DNA of 64,000 nucleotides from Squalus acanthias (taxonomy: Eukaryota), in assembly GCA_030390025.1 (NCBI GenBank), contig CM059432.1, forward strand, positions 96,970,001-97,034,000, written 5' to 3'. A program made the position numbers and the translations under genes. The notes below the pieces were generated by a model. The model was not told the origin of the DNA. It made no database searches and saw only the letters and a list, made by a program, of their open reading frames with translations. Positions 58,206-64,000 of the stretch are shown here, in pieces. How positions within the stretch are numbered: position 1 is the stretch's first letter; every line of letters starts with the position of its first letter.

Positions 58206-59570
58206 CGGTAGTGGGGAAAATGCTAGAGTCCATTATAAAAGATGTAATAGCAGAGCACTTGGAAAACAGTGACAGGATCGGACAAAGTCAACATGGATTT
58301 ACAAAAGGTAAATCATGCTTGACTAATCTACTGGAATTTTTTGAGGATGTAACTGGTAGAATAGATAAGGGAGAACCAGTGGATGTGGTGTATTTGGACT
58401 TTCAGAAGGCTTTTGATAAGGTCTCGCATAAAAGTTAAAGCACATGGGATTGGGGGTAAGGTACTGACTTGGATAGAGAACTGGTTGGCAGACGGGAAGC
58501 AAACAGTTGGAATAAATGATCTTTTTCCGGGTGGCAGGCAGTGACTAGTGGGGTACCGCAGGAATCGGTGCTAGGACCCCAGCTATTCACAATATATATT
58601 ATTGATCTAGACGAGGGAACTAGATGTAATATCTCCAAGTTTGCAGACGACACAAAGCTGGGTGGGCGTGTGTGCTGTGAGGAGGATGCAGAGAAACTCC
58701 AGTATGATTTGGACAGGCTGTGTGATTGGGCAGATGCATGGCAGATGCAGTATAATGTGGATAAATGCGAGGTTATCCACTTTGATGGCAAAAACAGGAA
58801 GGCAGATTATTATCTGAACGGCAATAGATTGGGAGAAAGGAAAGTGCACTGAGACCTGGGTGTCCTTGTGCACCAGTCGCTGAAGGTAAGCATGCAGGTG
58901 CAGCAGGCGGCTAAGAAGGCAAATAGTATGTTGGCCTTCATAGCGAGAGGATTCGAGTACAGGAGCAAGGATGTCTTGCTGCAGTTGTACAGGGCCTTGG
59001 TGAGACCACACCTTGAGTATTGTGTGCAGTTTTGGTCGCCTTATCTGAGGAAGGATGTTCTTGCCATGGAGGGAGTGCAGCGAAGATTCACCAGACTGAT
59101 ACCTGGGATGGCAGGAATGATGTATGAAGAGAGATTGGGTCGATTAGGCTTACATTCGCTAGAGTTTAGAAGAATAAGAGGGAATCTCATTGAAACTTAT
59201 AAAATTCTAACAGGACTAGACAGACTAGATGCAGGAAGGATGTTCCTGATGGTGGGAGAGTCCAGAACCAGGGGTCACAGTCTAAGGATAAGGGGTAAGC
59301 CATTTAGGACTGAGATGAGGAGGAATTTCTTCACCCAGAGAGTGGTGAACCTGTGGAATTCGCTACCACAGAAGGCAGTTGAGGCCAATTCATTAAATAT
59401 ATTCAAGAAGGAGTTAGATATATTTCTTAAGGCTAAAGGGATCAAGGGATATGGGGAGAAAGCAGGGACAGGGTACTGAATTTCGATGATCAGCCATGAT
59501 CTCATTAAATGGCGGAGCAGGCTCGAGGGGCCGAATGGCCTACTCCTGCTCCTATCTTCTATGTTTCTAT
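58206..59570 (+). mobile_element. 5'-truncated CR1 LINE
   Basis: [37 protein letters not shown], plus CR1 3'UTR and tail. Confidence 0.92.
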
Positions 59571-60007
59571 GGACCATGACAACTGGATTCTGCCCCTCCC
59601 ACTCCAAGTTCTTCTCCAGCTGTCAGGAGACGTCCTTTACCCTGGCACCAGGCAGGCAACACAACCTTTCGGAACTCCCTGTTGCGGCTGCAGAGAACAG
59701 TATGTATCCCTCTGACTATACTGTCCCCTACCAAACTACATTCCCTTTCAGTCCCCTGACTTGAATGGCCTCCTGCACCATGGTGCCATGATCAGTTTGC
59801 TCATCTATCCTGCAGTCCTTGTTCTCATCCCCACAGGTAGGAAGTATTTCATACCTGTTGGTCAAAGTCAACTGCTGAGACTCCTCCATCACTACATCCT
59901 GCATCCGCATACCTTTCTGACTCGCGGTCACACCCTCCTGTCCCTGACCATTGATGAACTCTAAAGTACTACTTAATCTAAGGGGTGTGACTACCTCCTG
60001 GAACAAA

Positions 60008-60902
60008 GGGGGAAAAATTAGGTCACGCCCCATTTGGGGCGCAAATATCGTCTGGACGCAAATATTTGTGCCTGGCGCTAATTATCGGCACTGACTGGAA
60101 ACTTCACTTTTACCGCCCCGGGAGGTGAGTGGATGCTAAATCAGGCGCTGCACACCTGTCTTAAGGCGCAAAGGCCAAGGAGTGAGGCGCTACCTCAGAG
60201 CGCTGGCGAAGCTCATGTAATGTCAGTCAGCAATGGAACACACACACAATGGCACGGGCCAGTTCTTAAAGGGGATGGTTAATCTTGCTTTCCATCCACA
60301 TCCTGTTCATTGCAGCCTTGAATCTCGGCCTGGAGAGACTTGCACATCAAATGTGCTGGAAAGAACAATGGAGAGTACCAGGCAAAGAGCTCAGAGTGCA
60401 GCTCCCACAGTCTCTGCTAAATCGATACAAGGAATGGCAAATCAAAATGAACCTGCAAAGTGCTGCTCAGTACCCAAAACTCCTTCACACAATGTTGAAT
60501 CTCTCCAGAAGTCTCTCCCTCTCGCTCTCAGAATGCGTAGTTCAAAAATGCCACCAACAATAAAAGACAGGAAGAGGCCCCCTTTAAATAGCGCCCCCCC
60601 CCCCAGCCCCACAGCGATTGATAGCGTTCCAGTCTTCTGGTCGTTGGATGCGCCAGGCGGTAAGGCAGGGGGCGCCACTCAATTTCCGCTCCGGGGCGCC
60701 ACAAGGGCGTTGCACCATGGAATGACGTCACAATCTGCGCGCGCAGGTGGTCGCAGCGGTAAAGTTTAGCGCCGCCGCACAATCTCTAGTTAAGTTCCCG
60801 AGCGGCGCAAACATCGCTGCGCCCGGGCGTTAGCGGCTTTGCGCCCCATTAGCGCCCTCTTAAGGCGCTAACGGGAGGCGCAACCAACTGAATTTTTACC
60901 CC
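60008..60902 (+). mobile_element. Young 895-bp Harbinger MITE, copy 2
   Basis: GGGGGAAAAATT...AATTTTTACCCC; AAA TSD (60005-60007 / 60903-60905); ~99% identical to 1583-2477. Confidence 0.95.
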
Positions 60903-62249
60903 AAAGTGTCTAGCTAACTCGCCCCTCCCTGATGCCCCGCAATGTCTGCACCTCAGACTCCAGCTCAACGACTCTGAGCCGAAGTTCCTCGAGCTGCAGA
61001 CACTTACCGCAGATGTGGTTGCTCGGGATCTCGCTGGTCTCCACAAACTTCCACATGCTGCAGTTACAGCACACCACCTGCCTTGCCATGTCTATCTAGC
61101 CTTCTTTATTTATTTGATTAGTTAATTAATTATTATTATTATTCTTTCAAGCAATTATTTTAGTTTTATTAATTAATTGGTTTATCTAGTTTAAGTTACT
61201 AATTCAGTAAAATAATAGCAAGTTACAGTTTCCTATCTCTGAGTTTAACCCACTTCCCTAGCTTAGAGGCTAAAAAAAACGGTACTACGCATCAACCAAT
61301 CGCCTACCTGCTGCCCTGTGATGTCACTCCTTGATTTTTTTTCTGTTTTGAAAGTTCCTCGCGCTGCCTCTCTCTTTATAGCGCTGTCGCCGCCGCTGCT
61401 ATCACCATTTTATCCCAGGTCTGCTCCTCTCGCCACTGCTCTCACTGTTCGCGCTACCTCTCTCTTTCTACTTGACACTCCACAGACAGGGTGAACCAAT
61501 ACAGAAAAACATAATCAAATGTTATAGTTGAAGTGTTTCCCTAGTGTCTCACCTTGAATTATTGATCTGTCTTTTATTTTCTTCTTTCCATTCAGCTTTA
61601 TGAGGATGGACAGGGCTGATTATTTTGACATGCCATATTTTTCAGTTTTTTCTTTCTGCTACCAGTATCTAAAGCCTTATTTTTGCTTTGTTTTTGAGAT
61701 TGCACAGTTCCACTGCATTACTGACTCTTTATATTTGTTGTTTTCTTTCATTGTATTCCTTTGGATTTTAGTTTGTTAGCCTTGTACATTTAACTCATCA
61801 TCAGTACAATGGGTGGTAGGCCTTTTTCTTCATGACACCAACTGCAGGCCATGGAATAGTAGTCAATCAAATCTTTATTTCGACATGAGCTCTTGGATTG
61901 CAACATATTTTTGAAATGCAGGCACAATATACTGTAATAATAGGAAATGATTAAGTTAACTGACCATCCATTGTAAACTGAATTATTAATTCATTAGCAA
62001 CACCGGGCCTGTGTCACATCACATGTTCAAGTCCAACTCCTATGGCATTACACTCAGTAAGTCGTGGAATATGCTTACTCTTACCTGATTCCAATGTCTT
62101 TGTGTTGTTGTTTCTCTCTGCATATCCTTTTCTGCTTCTGCTCCTGTCTCTCTCTTTCTCTTCTTTGCTGCTTCTCTTCCCTTAACTCTTGTTTGCTTCA
62201 ATCTGTTTTTTTCTTTCCTTTTGGGCAGGAGGTGGTGGGTGATATGATG

Positions 62250-63935
62250 TGGTGTGGTAGAGATAGCAGCCACCAATAGCTACAGGGCTACATTGTGGAA
62301 AAAGGTGTGTTCCTGGGCAACTCCCTTCCCATTCCTTCGCCAATCATTTGAACTTACCCCACCCTCTTTCTCCCATTTCATCCCTTACACATTCACCTTT
62401 CCACTGCCCATTCTCCTTCTTACCATGCTTCACTCCTATCAGTACCCCTATCTCTTCCCCTTTGAACTCCTACTTGTAAGATACTCGAAATTCACAGATC
62501 CCCAAAACTCAGAGAAAAACCCTAAAGAAAAGGACTTTGGACTCTTTTCTAACCACTTCAGGGTGATAAAATGTATTGGGCCTAACAGAGGGAGATTCAA
62601 GGTCAAAAACCAAGATTTGGTATTTTAAAAAGGCATGTTTGGGCTTGTAAAGGAAAAGGCTGCAACAGGAGATGGGCTCAACCTCTGTAATAGATGGTTT
62701 GAGTATTGGAGTTAATCAAACTGTCTGGGGAACTGTTTAACGTCACTCAGCCCCTATCAGACAATTTACATTCTAACAATAGACCCACGGAAGAGCAGTC
62801 CCCACCCAGATTACAGGACCCATCCAAAACATGCTTAAAACAAATCACCTCGCCCCACTCCATAGAAATCTCAGGCCCAGTCAGGAAACTTGAAACCTGA
62901 GCACAATGACTACAATCAAGTAAGAGCTCAACAGCTCATGGAACCCTCCCGAAACCACTTCACACATTCATAAACAAGTTACTGTTAATGAGCCCGCCAA
63001 AATCTCACAATAAACCGGGACTGATTTGGCGCGCAGATTAGGAGGCCCCAATTAGTATAATTGAGGGCCTGTTTTCTCAAGAAGACAGTTCAGCAGTTAC
63101 ACAGTTACAACAAGTTCTCTACAAGCTCTACAGTTCTCGGCAGTTCTCAGGAGTTCATCGAGTTCGAAGAAGTTCACAGTTCTAGAAGCAGGTCAATACA
63201 CAAGAAGAGACCAGAGCAACAGTTCCAGTGACCATCAGACACCTCGCGGCAACAAGGGCCTTACGAAACAACCAACCGAATATTACCACCAACCAACCGG
63301 GTAATATTGGGCCACCGCGACCAAAGAAAACCAACTCAGGAGAAAGCCGAAGATTAGCAAGTTTTCCACTCTGCAATCTATTCCTGACTTACCCCATGGT
63401 AAGATTTTTACTTAAAAAGACTCTAAACCCTATCTCTAACAGAAGAAAAGTGGGTACTCACCCGATAAATCCAATACGCACCCTACCGCATCAGCAGACT
63501 CACGAAGACTGACCAGATACGCAGTCGAAGTCCTCTACCACATCCGGGGTACGGCAGGCACCAACCAACACACCCAGCGAACCCCGAAACCGCAAACCAG
63601 CTCAACTGTCAAGGATTCGTTTGGTGAGCATTATCCCTGGTCCTCTAGAGCCCAACTTAGCTAGTAAAGTGGGATTGGGAGGGGTGAGGTATTTTTCTAC
63701 TGTAATTTCCCTCATGTGTATTGAAGTGTTCCCCATTTTATTAGTGTGTTAAGATTGTTGTGTTATATTTTCTCTCTTGAATAAAGATCAAAGTTTCTTG
63801 CACCAAAACCAGTTGTCTGCTGCATTTTTTGTCACAACCCCCAAATAAGTCCAAGGTCTAGAACCAAGGGATTGGGAGCGATTCAAACCACCCATAAGTC
63901 AGAGGTGAAGCTGACACACACCACCACCCCCTACA
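62250..63935 (+). mobile_element. Possible solo LTR or LTR-like element, boundaries uncertain
   Basis: TATA-like TATAAT (~63056) followed by CAGTT-rich repeats, local CpG enrichment, AATAAA at ~63780 and candidate ...CA ends. No TSD confirmed. Confidence 0.35.
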
Positions 63936-64000
63936 TACTCAACCCCTGCATCTTCTCCTCCCCCTTGCTCTGCTGTCACTCACCCTTAATTCTCCCAGAA

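Larger units (their letters stand above)
57958..61480 (-). mobile_element. 5' region (5'UTR/ORF1 remnant) of an older CR1, interrupted by a CR1 and a MITE
   Basis: Minus-strand ORF1-like remnants (C..C.MW...C.KC..L.ELRLRVVELE; LTNRYEIL; ..GT esterase-like motif). Host sequence rejoins across both insertions. Confidence 0.6.

Overview
This is a repeat-saturated vertebrate genomic window. The repeat set (CR1 LINEs with TTCTATG/TTCTTATG tails, tRNA-derived SINEs, L2, Penelope fragments, many PIF/Harbinger derivatives) suggests a cartilaginous fish; this is inference. No intact host gene could be identified. Main elements: (1) An apparently intact autonomous PIF/Harbinger DNA transposon (36714-40876, TAA TSD) with a 3-exon Myb/SANT gene and a convergent 398-aa DDE transposase. 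Two ~99% identical 895-bp MITE derivatives of it lie at 1583-2477 and 60008-60902. (2) A young 5.6-kb endogenous retrovirus (29797-35399, minus strand) with ~98.5% identical 521-bp LTRs, a 5-bp TSD and a tRNA-Ser-type PBS. It pairs a spuma/class III-like RT with a gamma-type env, has deletions that leave an open integrase-bearing ORF, and carries a candidate spliced accessory peptide. (3) Penelope-type insertions, one with a complete minimal hammerhead ribozyme motif and one forming a long hairpin. (4) A very young CR1 family with a duplicated 3'UTR module. (5) At least six divergent non-autonomous Harbinger derivatives that keep Myb exon-1 sequence. Many insertions are nested. All alignments and counts were made by eye, so boundaries of old elements are approximate.
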